The notes below the pieces were generated by a model. It saw only the letters and a program-made list of their open reading frames with translations, ran no database searches and was not told the origin of the DNA. This document shows positions 28,201 through 42,873 of a DNA stretch of 64,000 nt, in pieces. The translations under genes and the position numbers were made by a program. Location of the stretch: the NCBI GenBank assembly GCA_000165345.1, contig CM000433.1, positions 96,001-160,000 on the forward strand, written 5' to 3'. The stretch's first letter is position 1; each line of letters opens with the position of its first letter.

Positions 28201-31200
28201 TCAATGAAAAATATAATATTTTACTAAACTTACCGTTTTTTTAATAATATCCATACAATCAACTCTTAAATCAGAATTTGTTTCAATTAATTCATTGAAT
28301 ATTCCTTGAAATTCTATTTGGGGAAGTAAAATTAAACTTGGAAATATTGAAGCTTTATAATCACACCAAAGTTTTTGAATACAATGCTTTACTCCTCTCC
28401 AAGTTAAAGTATCCTCCCATACTTTGTAGTTTCTTATCAAAGAAGAAATAACAAATGATGAAATAAATGAACGAACTGTTGGTAAGTACATTACTGATAA
28501 TACAAGAGTCCTTCCAAGTGTTCTTGGGAATACTGATTTTTCATCTTGAACAATTTTACCAATTACTGATGCAATAATTTCTGAATCAAATATTGGTGGA
28601 TTACTCTGCGTTAATTCAAAGCAACAGTCTATTATATCCACAGTCTTTTTCTTATCAACATAATTTACATCAGGATAACTGTATGATATTAATAATAATA
28701 ATAAATCAGAGGATGAAATAACTTTATCTTTTAGGGCAAATGGATTTGTAACAATATTCTTGATACATTCTTTAATCATTGATTTATCTGATTTACTAAT
28801 TATTACAGGTAGTAGTTCTTTAATCTTTTGTAAATCATAGTAACCAATTATTGGTATTATTATGTTAATATTTTGTGTATCTTTAAATATATTATATACT
28901 TTTAAGCAAAGTTCCAAATTACTGAAATTAATATTTCCAAGTATTTGAATAATAAAATCAAATAAATAATTATATTTTATATGATCGCTTGAATATATAT
29001 CCAATATTCTTAAATATTCTTTTATTAAAATATCCAAATTACCTTTTTCACTTGAATAATGATGTTTAAATAGTAAAATAATTTCCACAAATAGATTATT
29101 AAACAAATCTTTAATTTTATTTAATAATGTAAGTATGTTATAATCATTATTATGATTATTATCACTGCTGTTGATTTGCTGATTTTTATTTATTTCATCA
29201 ACAATTCTTGAATATAATTTAAACAAATAATTTATCAAACATGGATATCGTAGACAATAGTATTTAAATATTAAACAAGAACGAGAAAATAAATCTTCAA
29301 CATAACTTAAATATATTTTTTCAATATTTTGGCTATTATTTTCAATATTCTCTAAATTCATTGTTTCCATTAAAGTATCACTACCTTGATTTTGATCTAT
29401 TACCATGCTTTGAATCCTTTCATTAACATTTGACTTGTTAAATTCATCTTCAAAATCTTTATCTTGTTCATTATCAAAATCTTGTTTAACTCCTACCTTA
29501 AAGTGATTATAAATGTGTTTATTTAAATCGTATGTTTTCTTATATTTTGGCATAAGCTCATTTTTAATCATTTCTTGAATATTTTTTGCCGCTATTATAA
29601 GAAATTTGTTTGTATTAAACAAATCAGTAATTATTTCATCGTTATTATCACAACTTATTTCATCCGAAACTATAATAGAAACAAGAACAAGTGATAATAC
29701 GATAATCCAAATTTCACCATAAATTTCTGCATCATTCCAATTATTCATTTCCTCATTCAAATAGGTCTTTAAATGAGTAACTTCATTATTATAAAAATCG
29801 TTTTTCACTTCATTGATATTGCAGTATAACACTGAAATTAAATTCTCTACAAAGGTATTTCGTAGATTATTTACTTGATTCAACTGAATGTTTATCTTCT
29901 TATTGCTTTGAATATTTTTGACAGTAAATAATTCTTTAGTAAACTCAAAGAAATTAATATTGCGATTCAAGTTTATGCTTTCCCCACAATTGTCAATATT
30001 TGACGACTCTATATGCATAGGTTCCACATTTTCTAAAAATAAACAAATATTATCCAAGAAATTTAAATTGCTTGAATCTGAATTATAGCTTAAAAATGCT
30101 ACAATCAACACAAAATATGAAACCTTTCTTATATTATCAATAGGATAATTTGAATTTAATAATTCATAAAATATATTTAATGCATATTCTCTCTTTACTA
30201 ATAACATGCTATCATCTGTTTGGGCGGCAACCTCATGATTTAATGTGGATAATTGCATGCAATAATTATTAGAAAATAGCCATTGATTGAATAATAATCT
30301 CAGAAAATTTGTAGGTATTTTTGGCGTATTCATAATAAGTCTTTTGAGTTGAGAGAGAAAAATATTACTCTTAGTATTATAATCAGAAATACACTTGGTG
30401 AAGTTATTAAAACAAAATATGAATAATTTATTATAATCAAAAAATATTTGATTTTCATTTTCTTCATTAATTACATCATTATTCATATCATTTTCGTTAA
30501 TAATCCACTGAAATACCTTCTCAAAAATTAATTCCTCTTGATTTGCCTTTGAATCATAATGGTAAAATCTAAAGAATAAATTGTGTAATACTTTAATTCT
30601 TTGTTCTAAAACAAAATTATAAATCCATAGAATGAATACTATATTAATATTTCTTAAATTATTTGAAGTATTTAATGCCTCATTATTATTAATTGAATTT
30701 TCGTTCATACATTGAATATTGTGTAAATTTAATTCATTATAATAAAGTATATTATCCAAATAAACAAAGTAATCCTCATTAATTTCATTAGTATATTCCT
30801 CATCATTAATATTTGTTATAAGTAGAATGTTTGTTAATAGTTCTTTTGTTTCGCTTAAAAGTGTTTTTACCAAAATCTCAATAAATACTTGCTCCATTTT
30901 TAAGTCACTTTTATTATTTAAAATAATTCTTTCTTTGTTTAAGATTAATCTTATTAAGAGTCTATATTTATAGAATAAAATTTCAAAAGCAGTGGTAATT
31001 CTTTCTACAAGTAAATTCCATGCCATATTAACACCTTCACCATAAGTTTCAATACTGCTAGTAATAATATCTTTATCTTCTGATTCACTAATTCTCTTCA
31101 ATAATAATTCCCAAGATGTTAAAATCAACTGTCCATGTTTTAGTACATTCATTAACTGATTATTATTTAATAATGTTCTTGAAACTTTATATAATCCATC

Positions 31201-33363
31201 TGTAGATATATCTACAGCTGGTGACACTAATACGCTTGTAATAATTTGAGAAAATAATATTGACTTAATACTATTACTATTGCTTTTCAATTCTTCCCAA
31301 GTTCCAATATTTATTGCATTGGTTAAACCTTCAATATCATATTTTTCTTCGGTTATAGCGTTATCTACTTTAACTAAAGCATTTAAAGTCCTTTTTTTGT
31401 TATTAGAATTTTCACCAGATAAATCTGGAATGTTAGATTCTAAATCAAGAATCTGCTTAATTTCCTTATTTTTATAATTAAAAACAAACATCTCATCATC
31501 TATGTTTCTCATTTCTTTTTCATAGTCCTCTTCAATATTTTGTTTTTCATCTTGAACATTAAATTCCAATTTTTTATTGCTATTCAAAGGTGAAAATTTA
31601 TTAGTCCAAGGAAATTTACTCGAATTTAGTATTAAGTCTATATTCTTCTTTTGTTCGTTACATTCATCATTATTTCCTTCCTCAACAAATAAGTTATTTG
31701 GTATTTTCAAGTTTAAAAAATTATTTATTGCAATATCTACAACATTTGAATAAGAGTTTGTTGAAAATAACCAACAAACTCCTTCTATTACACTTTGCGG
31801 TGAAATCTTATAAAATCCATCATCTACATCATATTTCATTCTTTTATACGAGTATCTCGTTGACCTACCACGTAATTCTTGTGCATGAATTGGCGGTAAA
31901 ATGTCGTTTGTTGATTCGTTCTTCTCATCCACATGGAAATCATTACTGTCATTATTGTTTTTATTATTATTATTGTAATTTTTGTTAAATTTGTTAATAG
32001 CTTCTTGTCTAAGTTCGTGAAGATTTCCTTTCTTCCCAAGCTTATTAAGAATACTAATAATTTCACCAAAAAGAATTATATTGTCGTAAGTGTGTGCTGA
32101 AGCAAGAATACGCAGTAGTTCTTCTTGAAGTACGAATTTTACTGCATTTATTCTCTCAACTTCTTTTTCATTAATTTGAATGAAAAGTTCCTTTGAGAGT
32201 TCTATTATCGAGGAAATGAATCTGCTAAGATAAATTCCTTTTGAACTACAAAGCCAACCTATAAATTGAATCCAGTAACATATATTGAGGTAATTAATTT
32301 CTTTCAATCTCAATAAAAATCTTCCTGATAATTCTATTGAATCTGAAATACTTCTAATAACATTTTCAAAAACTGTTATCGAACTTTTACATAAAATTAC
32401 TTCTATTGGTAAAATACATCCAAATTGATTAAAATAAACATAATTACCATTACTTTGATGATCGTATGTTACTATTACTCTTGAATTCTTTTTTTGATTC
32501 AAATTAAAGTTACCTGGATAATCCCAACATTGGTGATTTACTCTATTTCTTGACTCTATTATTAAATTTGATTTTACCTCTTGTAAAATATTTGTATTAA
32601 TCATACATATACGTAATATTTTAAAGGCTAATTTAAGTGTCTTCTTATATAATGCCTCTCTTTTCCATTCATCATCTATTTGATAAGAATTTAAAATCAC
32701 TAAATCTCGATCTTTTTGTTTATTATTAATTGTTCCACCATTACCATAAGTTTCTAATATTTTTGAGATTAATTTAATTAATGAATAAAAACTATTTAAT
32801 GATTCATCTGTTGCTAAATGTAATTTTCTGCAAATTTCAGAATCCCACCAAGAATCCTTATTAAATGTGCTTTCTTGTAATTCTTCTATTTGTTTATAGC
32901 TTTCCTCTTTTTCAATTATTAATTGTTTAATAGAATATGGTAAAAGTAAATCAGAAATTATTACCTCAATTTGATTATATAATATATCAATTATAGCCTT
33001 AATTACATTAATATCATTATCATTAATCAAATTTGAAAGTTTAACAGTAACTAAGCAAGTAAATATTGGATCAATCTTCAAAATCTTTTCTAAATTCTTT
33101 GCTAATTTTACTCTTACATTAAAATCTTGGTCAAATCTACAATTTACTAATTCTTCAATTACCTTAATAGCTTTAAAATATTCATTATATAAATTTTTTA
33201 TTTCAATATTTGAAAATTTTCTATTATTAAGATTCTTATCATCAGTATTAGTATTTATATTCAATTCTTGCCTCAATTTAAATCCTTGTATCTTTCTTTG
33301 TACTGATAATTGCAAAAATTGGGAAAGTAAATTCTTATCGTCATCATCAATTTCCAAGCTCAT
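28201..33363 (-). CDS. large hypothetical helical-repeat protein (1720 aa)
   Basis: ATG verified (cat at 33361-33363). Single 5.2 kb ORF, mostly non-repetitive and Leu/Ile/Asn-rich with an alpha-solenoid-like character. No catalytic motifs visible. A GGTAAGT sits 9 codons before the stop, so an alternative short 3' exon is possible. Confidence 0.6.
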   Translation of the reverse strand: MSLEIDDDDKNLLSQFLQLSVQRKIQGFKLRQELNINTNTDDKNLNNRKFSNIEIKNLYNEYFKAIKVIEELVNCRFDQDFNVRVKLAKNLEKILKIDPIFTCLVTVKLSNLINDNDINVIKAIIDILYNQIEVIISDLLLPYSIKQLIIEKEESYKQIEELQESTFNKDSWWDSEICRKLHLATDESLNSFYSLIKLISKILETYGNGGTINNKQKDRDLVILNSYQIDDEWKREALYKKTLKLAFKILRICMINTNILQEVKSNLIIESRNRVNHQCWDYPGNFNLNQKKNSRVIVTYDHQSNGNYVYFNQFGCILPIEVILCKSSITVFENVIRSISDSIELSGRFLLRLKEINYLNICYWIQFIGWLCSSKGIYLSRFISSIIELSKELFIQINEKEVERINAVKFVLQEELLRILASAHTYDNIILFGEIISILNKLGKKGNLHELRQEAINKFNKNYNNNNKNNNDSNDFHVDEKNESTNDILPPIHAQELRGRSTRYSYKRMKYDVDDGFYKISPQSVIEGVCWLFSTNSYSNVVDIAINNFLNLKIPNNLFVEEGNNDECNEQKKNIDLILNSSKFPWTNKFSPLNSNKKLEFNVQDEKQNIEEDYEKEMRNIDDEMFVFNYKNKEIKQILDLESNIPDLSGENSNNKKRTLNALVKVDNAITEEKYDIEGLTNAINIGTWEELKSNSNSIKSILFSQIITSVLVSPAVDISTDGLYKVSRTLLNNNQLMNVLKHGQLILTSWELLLKRISESEDKDIITSSIETYGEGVNMAWNLLVERITTAFEILFYKYRLLIRLILNKERIILNNKSDLKMEQVFIEILVKTLLSETKELLTNILLITNINDEEYTNEINEDYFVYLDNILYYNELNLHNIQCMNENSINNNEALNTSNNLRNINIVFILWIYNFVLEQRIKVLHNLFFRFYHYDSKANQEELIFEKVFQWIINENDMNNDVINEENENQIFFDYNKLFIFCFNNFTKCISDYNTKSNIFLSQLKRLIMNTPKIPTNFLRLLFNQWLFSNNYCMQLSTLNHEVAAQTDDSMLLVKREYALNIFYELLNSNYPIDNIRKVSYFVLIVAFLSYNSDSSNLNFLDNICLFLENVEPMHIESSNIDNCGESINLNRNINFFEFTKELFTVKNIQSNKKINIQLNQVNNLRNTFVENLISVLYCNINEVKNDFYNNEVTHLKTYLNEEMNNWNDAEIYGEIWIIVLSLVLVSIIVSDEISCDNNDEIITDLFNTNKFLIIAAKNIQEMIKNELMPKYKKTYDLNKHIYNHFKVGVKQDFDNEQDKDFEDEFNKSNVNERIQSMVIDQNQGSDTLMETMNLENIENNSQNIEKIYLSYVEDLFSRSCLIFKYYCLRYPCLINYLFKLYSRIVDEINKNQQINSSDNNHNNDYNILTLLNKIKDLFNNLFVEIILLFKHHYSSEKGNLDILIKEYLRILDIYSSDHIKYNYLFDFIIQILGNINFSNLELCLKVYNIFKDTQNINIIIPIIGYYDLQKIKELLPVIISKSDKSMIKECIKNIVTNPFALKDKVISSSDLLLLLISYSYPDVNYVDKKKTVDIIDCCFELTQSNPPIFDSEIIASVIGKIVQDEKSVFPRTLGRTLVLSVMYLPTVRSFISSFVISSLIRNYKVWEDTLTWRGVKHCIQKLWCDYKASIFPSLILLPQIEFQGIFNELIETNSDLRVDCMDIIKKTVSLVKYYIFH

Positions 33364-33999
33364 TATTCAATTAATTCTTCTTTTCAATGAAATTATGTAA
33401 TATTGTATTTGTATAGTGCTAATTAATACTTTTAGTAATTACCTTTTCATTAACTGAGAAGTAAATGTTAAATTAAAAATAACTTAATTTATTAATTCTT
33501 TCATATGAATCAACGAGTTATAATTAATTTTTATTAACTGGAAAAAAAAAATTAAAATGAGTTGAATTTATAATATATATTTATATAATTTTACTGGTAC
33601 CAAAAATAAATAAAATAATTATTCAATTAATGAAATATTAGTTTCTTCATCTAGCATTTCATTTCGTAAACACAATAACCTGTGTTATAACAATTTATTT
33701 TAGTATTCTAATGTTTTCCTTTTAAAGTTTAATTGAAAAATTACTGTGGGAAACACAATTAGTCGGTATCAAACACTTTAATATATGATTTCCTTTTGAG
33801 TAAATTCTCTATCTTATTTTTATATTTTATAATAATAATATTGATTATTCCAGTAATTATTTTAAATTTTAATATTCCAGATTTATTTTCAACGAAAAAT
33901 CACATATAATTTGACAATTTTTTCCATTTATTTTAATTATTTTTTTTAAAAAAAATTATAAATATATATATGTAAATATATATATATTCGGTACCGTTA

Positions 34000-34034
34000 T
34001 TGGCGCCAATGCCATGATCACCTTTGGCGCCAAT
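34000..34034. promoter_or_regulatory. tandem pair of palindromic E2F-like elements TTGGCGCCAAT (x2, 24-bp spacing) in divergent promoter (large gene / CTU1)
   Basis: ccgttattggcgccaatgccatgatcacctttggcgccaatagctg read directly. Two GGCGCC palindromes, each flanked by CCAAT. Confidence 0.6.
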
Positions 34035-34129
34035 AGCTGAATTAAAATTAAATGTCAAATGAAGATTAAAATAAAGTTAAAAAAAAAAAAATAGTTGGAA
34101 TTTATACGAATATATCGAGCAATCAGATA

Positions 34130-35327
34130 ATGAGCAGTATTGTGAGTTGTTACTACTGTAAGGAAGGGAAGGTTGTAATGAAAAGGTGCAAAACAGGGTA
34201 CCTAAGTTGCAAGAAATGTTTTATTGATAACTTTGAAGAGGAGGTACATGAATATATAATGGAAAATAGGTAAGTAAATAATGATTGAATGGAACTTTCC
34301 ATTAAGAAAAATTTGAATAGGTTTTTAATATGACTGCGTTTCATATTTAATACCTTATTGTTAATATTTAAAATTCTAACTTGTTTTAATTATCTTATTT
34401 TATTGAATGAAATACAGTATGTTTAAAAGAGGAAATAGAGTTGGAGTATGTATTTCAGGAGGAAAGGATTCAAGTGTTTTATTAAATGTATTATATGAAC
34501 TAAATAAAAGAAAAGATTACGGTATAGAATTGGAATTAATTGCGGTAGATGAAGGAATTAAGGGATATAGGGATGACTCTCTAGAAGTTGTTAAATATCA
34601 GCAGGAATACTACAATTGTCCCTTAACTATTCTATCCTTTAAAGATATGTTTAATACAACAATGGACGAAATTCAAAGTAAATCAAGCAAATCAAATTCG
34701 TGCACATATTGTGGTGTATTTAGAAGAAAAGCATTAGATATTGGAAGCTATAAAGTTAATGCTGATGTTATTTGTACAGGTCATAGTTGCGATGATACAT
34801 GTGAAACTTTATTATTAAATATACTACGTGGCGATTTTAATAGATTAAGAAGATGTATTAACCCAATAACAAATAATGAGATTACTACAACTAAAGATCA
34901 AATGCAAAATCATGATTCTCAAAATGAAGCTTTCTTAAATATAAAGCCTAGAGTTAAGCCTTTAATGTATTGTTATGAAAAAGAAATTGTATTATATGCG
35001 CATTATCTTAACCTCAAATATTTCTCAACAGAATGTACTTATTCTGTGGATGCATATAGAGGAGTTTCACGTGAATTCATACGTAAGATTCAAAGCTTTG
35101 ATTACAAATACTCTTTCAATATGATACTTGCAGCTCAAGAACTTAACCTTGAACAGTCTAATTCTAGTCCCAATTATATAGCTAGAAAATGTACTATTTG
35201 TGGATACATTTCATCATCTACTATTTGTAATGGATGCAACCTTATTAACGCTCTTAAACATGATAATCCAAACTTAATTCTTAAAAATCAAAGACAGAAA
35301 AAGAAAATTTTATTGCAAGAAAGTTAA
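34130..35327 (+). CDS. CTU1: cytoplasmic tRNA 2-thiolation protein 1 (CTU1/NCS6), 2 exons: join(34130..34269,34418..35327)
   Basis: Exon 1 is MSSIVSCYYCKEGKVVMKRCKTGYLSCKKCFIDNFEEEVHEYIMEN, the conserved CxxC...CxxC N-terminus. GTAAGT donor (phase 2) and acceptor atacag| join to the PP-loop exon (SMFKRGNRVGVCISGGKDSSVLL). CTU1 body follows, with C-terminal CxxC...CxxC zinc ribbon (CTICGYISSSTICNGCNL). The track ORF 34407..35327 misses exon 1. Confidence 0.85.
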
Positions 35328-35611
35328 TATAAATCAATTATAAGTCTGCCCGCTTTAACACATAATATAATATTTCTTGATAATTATTTTATTACCAAGT
35401 GTTACATACATGATATATTTCAACTCAATATTTACAATATTATCAAATATGTATTATATATTCTATCAAATTCAATCTACAAATAATAAATCATACTTTA
35501 TTATTATTTTTTTTTTATTTACTAATTTACAACTCTCCTCACTTTTTCCTCACTTTTTCACACATCTCACAATATTTTAATATGACCCAATTTTTACCAC
35601 TCGTTAGCGTC

Positions 35612-35687
35612 GCCTTCGTAGCATAGTCTTGGTTATTGCGTCGGTCTTGTAAACCGAAGGTCACGAGTTCGAATCTCGTCGAAGGCT
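35612..35687 (+). tRNA. tRNA-Thr (anticodon TGT)
   Basis: Hand-folded cloverleaf. Acceptor GCCTTCG/CGAAGGC (7 bp). Anticodon stem TCGGT/ACCGA with loop CTTGTAA (U33, anticodon TGT, A37). T-arm ACGAG-TTCGAAT-CTCGT. Discriminator T, followed immediately by a TTTTT Pol III terminator. Confidence 0.85.
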
Positions 35688-36167
35688 CGTTTTTACGAAT
35701 TTCTCAAATTGTTTAACCTTGGGGCCCCCCTTTCCCGCTAAAACTAAATAGCGCGTGTACAAGTAAACGTGTAATTTATTATTTAAGTATTTTTTTAATA
35801 AAAATTTTGATTTTTTTTCAAGTATTAATAAATGTTATTAAAAATATTTATTTATATAATTAAACTCAACTATATGCTTTAAATTCCCAGTTTTTTTTTA
35901 ATTTACTATCATTTAACTAAGTGAATATTTCAAAAGCACTCGCTTGTGCCGCTCAAAAATTTTATTCTTGAAAATTAAACTAATTACATGTAATACTATT
36001 CAATAATATAAATTTCCTTTTCATTTCACGAACTTATTACTTAAAAAACTATCTATAACTGTATCAATTTTTTCCTATTAATACTCTATTATTATGAATA
36101 TCATCAATAGTTATTTGAAATATACTCTATAGGGAAATTAATTGAAAAAAAAAATAACGCGAATCAT

Positions 36168-36992
36168 TTAAAATAAAATTCCTTCATTCTTTTGCTCCAA
36201 AATTGAATCACCAGAGTTCTTGATTGTATCGTATGAGGAGGAATCGTTTTCTTTAGAATTACTTTTATCCTTCTTTAGTTTCTCTTGAAGTTCAGCTTCT
36301 GCCCATTCCTTCTTCTTCTCTTGAATCTTCTTCAATCTAAAGAATTCTTCTCTCTCAATTTCATCCAATTCTCTTAAAATGTAATTCATACCATCCTCTA
36401 ATTTTGGTAAAACTACATTCTGTAATGCATTTACACGACGATTTGTCATCTTAATCTCTTCATCTAAAGAAAAGAATGCAGTCTGTAAGCTAGCTAACTT
36501 GACTAAATCCCTTAATACTTTCATGTAAATTTCTCTAGTTGATTGAATTACTTGACCTCCACTTGCTACACCAATATGACATGTTTCTGTAGATGAATTA
36601 TTATCAACATTCATCTCAAAAATTGGTAATCTAACACCTGCAATATTCTCAGTACCAACTTCCATTGTTACTGTTGGTCTTTTACATGATTCTATGATTC
36701 TATCTTTGAAATCACCAGCTGCCCATGTTGCCTTTGCCAATGCAAATGACGCTTCTTTAATATCATTACCTATTGAACGTTTTGTTTCAACAATTTCTTT
36801 TAACATTCCTCTAAATTTGTTTGATAAAGCATCACTCTTTCTTTTCAATAAATCATATCCTTGTTTTGCTCCTTTGCTCTTCAACTTTATTGCTTGTAAA
36901 GCCCTATAAATTAACAATTAATTTTCAATATTAAAAATTATTCTATATAAATTGTAAACTTACATTCGACTTGGTGTTGGTTTCTGATCCAT
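36168..36992 (-). CDS. VMA8: V-type H+-ATPase subunit D, 2 exons: join(36964..36992,36168..36903) on minus, about 255 aa
   Basis: Micro-exon 1 is ATGGATCAGAAACCAACACCAAGTCGAAT (MDQKPTPSR, phase 2) with a GTAAGT donor. The 60-nt intron has a tttatag acceptor. The join gives ...SRMALQAIKLKSKGAKQGYDLLKRKSDALSNKFRGMLKEIVETK, which matches the V-ATPase D N-terminus (FPTRM..LK.KLKGA..G..LLK.KSDAL..RFR). The rest is conserved to LDEIEREEFFRLKKIQEKKK. Confidence 0.85.
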
Positions 36993-37563
36993 TTTTCTTT
37001 TTTCACTAAAACACTATTTTCTCCTTTAAATTGCTTTTGTTTTACTAATAATTAAATTATTTATCTATTTATCTTCCTCTTATTTATATATAACCACTTT
37101 ATTCTAAATACTATCCTATATTGTTATTATTTATATATATATATACATATATTCAATTACTGATATCCAATTAAAGAGAAAATATTATTTATACTTCCTA
37201 TTATTATCCTTTGATAATATTTTATTTATTTATTTATTTTTCTCTCTTTTATTTTTATTATTATTATTATTTTTTTTGCCTCCTTTTTTTTTAACGAGAA
37301 AAAAAAAATTCGAATTTTTCCGATAATTTATATTAAAAAATAATTTCGGCGGGAACTCGTGGGGATTTGACCGCCATTTCACTATATAGGTATCGAGATC
37401 TTTATAAGTAATGAAAATAATTAATTAATTAGTTACATGTAAAAAAAAATTATAATTTTTTTTTTTTCTTTTTTGTGTTCTTTAAAATTATTATAAATGC
37501 AATTTTTTATTATTTATATTTATTTAAAAAATAATAATAATATTAATAAAAATAATAATAATA

Positions 37564-39501
37564 ATGAATTACCAACTTTTTTTATTTTATTATTTAATTA
37601 TTAACTGTTTAATATATGCATTTTATTGTAATGATGAAATTACATATTTAAAGGAAAAGGTGAAATTTATAATATTTGATGACTTTCATATTGGACCAGA
37701 TGTAAGTAATTTAATTTATTATAATTAAATTATTATTAAATAATAAATTTTCTTATTCTATTTTTTTTTTTTTTAAATAGAATAAATCCATTTTAGATAT
37801 TTTATTAATTGATAATAAGATTCCAAAAGATAATGTATATTATTTATCAGAAAATATTCCATACAAATATCCACAAGATACATTATTATTACCTATACTA
37901 TTTAGATATGTTAAAGAATCCAATAATAATAATTTTGATTGGTTTTTTATAATTAATTCTTATACACGTTTTAATCCAATATTATTAAATGAATTATTAT
38001 TTAAATTAAATAAAGAACAAACAATATTTGAAAAGATACAAAATGTTCCAAATATTAGTAGTAATATTAAATCTCCAAATAATAATTTTATTGGTGTTCA
38101 AATTAATGACAATGTTCCATCTATAGTACATCATTATAATTTGGATAAAAATTTTAAATATCCATTCCATCATTCTGGATATGCTATTAGAAGATTTACT
38201 ATTGAATCTTTACAAGTATCAATAAAATCATCATCAAATTATATTAATAATAAAAATAATTACAAAATTTATACTGATGTAAATTTTGAGGTATGTTATT
38301 TCATTATGAGTTTACTATTAATAATAATAAAATTAATTAATTTATAGTTATCAAAATTAATTTATGATGAATTAAATATTAAATTAAAAGATATACCAGA
38401 ATTTTGTATAAATATTGATGATACTGATCCAAAATATCATAAAAAAAATAGTATAATACCAAAAAAATGTATTACTTGGTCAATATCTTATCGAATTTCA
38501 AATAATTGTGTATCATTTTCACTTCCTTAAATAATATAAATCAAAAATATATTATTAATCCAAATGAAGTTGTTATTGCCATAAAAACTACTCAAAAATA
38601 CCATAATAATCGTATTTCACAAATTAATCAATTATGGGCAAATAAAAAATATTTAAATTATAATTCAATTAATTCAAATCCTTATTGTAAGAATTATTTT
38701 AGTTCAATCTCACATTTAATTAAACCATTTAATGATAAATCTATTCATATTGATATTTTGAGTGATCATAATGATATTATTAATAATATACCCATAAACG
38801 ATTTAAAAACTGGAAATCAATCTAATGGTCATTGTTTAAAATTATATTCTATTATACACTTTTTATATAATAAATATATTATTAATAACATCAATTCAAA
38901 TTATAAAATCAAATATTTTGCTCTTGTTGATGATGATACTCTAATCATTCCATTTTCTTTACTTAATTCTCTAACTTATATAAATCACCAATATAATGAT
39001 AATGATCATTTTGATTTATATCTTGGATTAAGATACTCATTTGGATCTATTATTGATAATTGGTCTATTGATTATATTACTGGTAAGTTTTACCTTTTTT
39101 ATTTATTTATTTATTATTATTATTTTTTTTTTTTTACTATTNATTTAGGGGGGGGGGGTNTTATTATTAATTCAAATNCCTTATCTAANCTTGCAAAANG
39201 TAAAGGTAANGTTAAAATTTTATAATTATTCCATTATTATTTATTAATTTCAATTATAGAATGTATTTGTAATAAACCTGATGAACCTGATGATATGGCA
39301 CTTGGTAGATGGTTTAAATTTCTCAATATTAAAGCAATTAATTTTAATGGATTCCATCAAGCTGAATCAATTCACTATCATTCTTATTATAATTATTTTT
39401 CACATATTATTTCTTTTCATAAAATTGAATCAAATATTTATAATACAGCNCAAAAATATAATCCAAAAATATTTAATTTATTATATCCACNNATNGAATG
39501 A
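37564..39501 (+). CDS. two-domain GT31 fringe-like glycosyltransferase (B3GLCT-like beta-1,3-glucosyltransferase candidate), about 6 exons, about 526 aa: join(37564..37701,37781..38290,38348..38468,38570..39082,39149..39205,39260..39501)
   Basis: Exon 1 has ATG at 37564 and a type II signal-anchor (MNYQLFLFYYLIINCLIYAFYC). Exon 2 is an N-terminal GT-like domain. Exons 4-6 carry GT31 motifs: VVIAIKTTQKYHNNRISQINQLW (fringe IFIAVKTT...TW), DDD motif YFALVDDDTLI, Gly-rich LGGGGxII, and CNKPDEPDDMALGRWF...FHQAE...FH (ED..LG......FH). All introns have GTAAGT/GTATGT/GTATTA donors, AG acceptors and consistent phases. The 38468|38570 junction is the least certain. Bases 39142-39520 contain N calls. 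Confidence 0.55.
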
Positions 39502-39520
39502 TCNNANTNNNTACNNANAA
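39142..39520. other. low-quality assembly segment with scattered N base calls and a G11-12 homopolymer
   Basis: n characters at 39142, 39160, 39178, 39189, 39199, 39210, 39450, 39492-39519 and others. The ggggggggggg run is at 39148-39159. The segment overlaps the last exons of the GT31 gene. Confidence 0.9.
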
Positions 39521-39864
39521 AATAATCATGATAATAATAAATTTGATGAATTATAATAAACAGTAATTATTACTAAGTTATTATTGTTTTTTTTTTTTTA
39601 TCATTTCCATTTTATCTTAAAATTACGTGTCATGTTAAATTTTAATGTCAAAATAAAACAGCCCGCCTTTTTGTTTAATACTTGTAATAATTTAATATTA
39701 TTCTTAAAATAATAATAAAATTATTACAAGCTTCCCACATTTTTTTTATTACCAATAATTTAGTTAAAATAATCCATAATATGTTAAAATTTTTTTAACA
39801 TATTTATATATATATGTATATATGAATCCATATATTTAAACATTTAATATACTTGCTATAAATT

Positions 39865-42859
<2,995 letters not shown>

Positions 42860-42873
<14 letters not shown>

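Noticed and set aside
31280-32069. Small ORFs on both strands inside the 1720-aa gene
   Set aside because: Embedded in a long, well-supported ORF on the minus strand. No start context or motifs.
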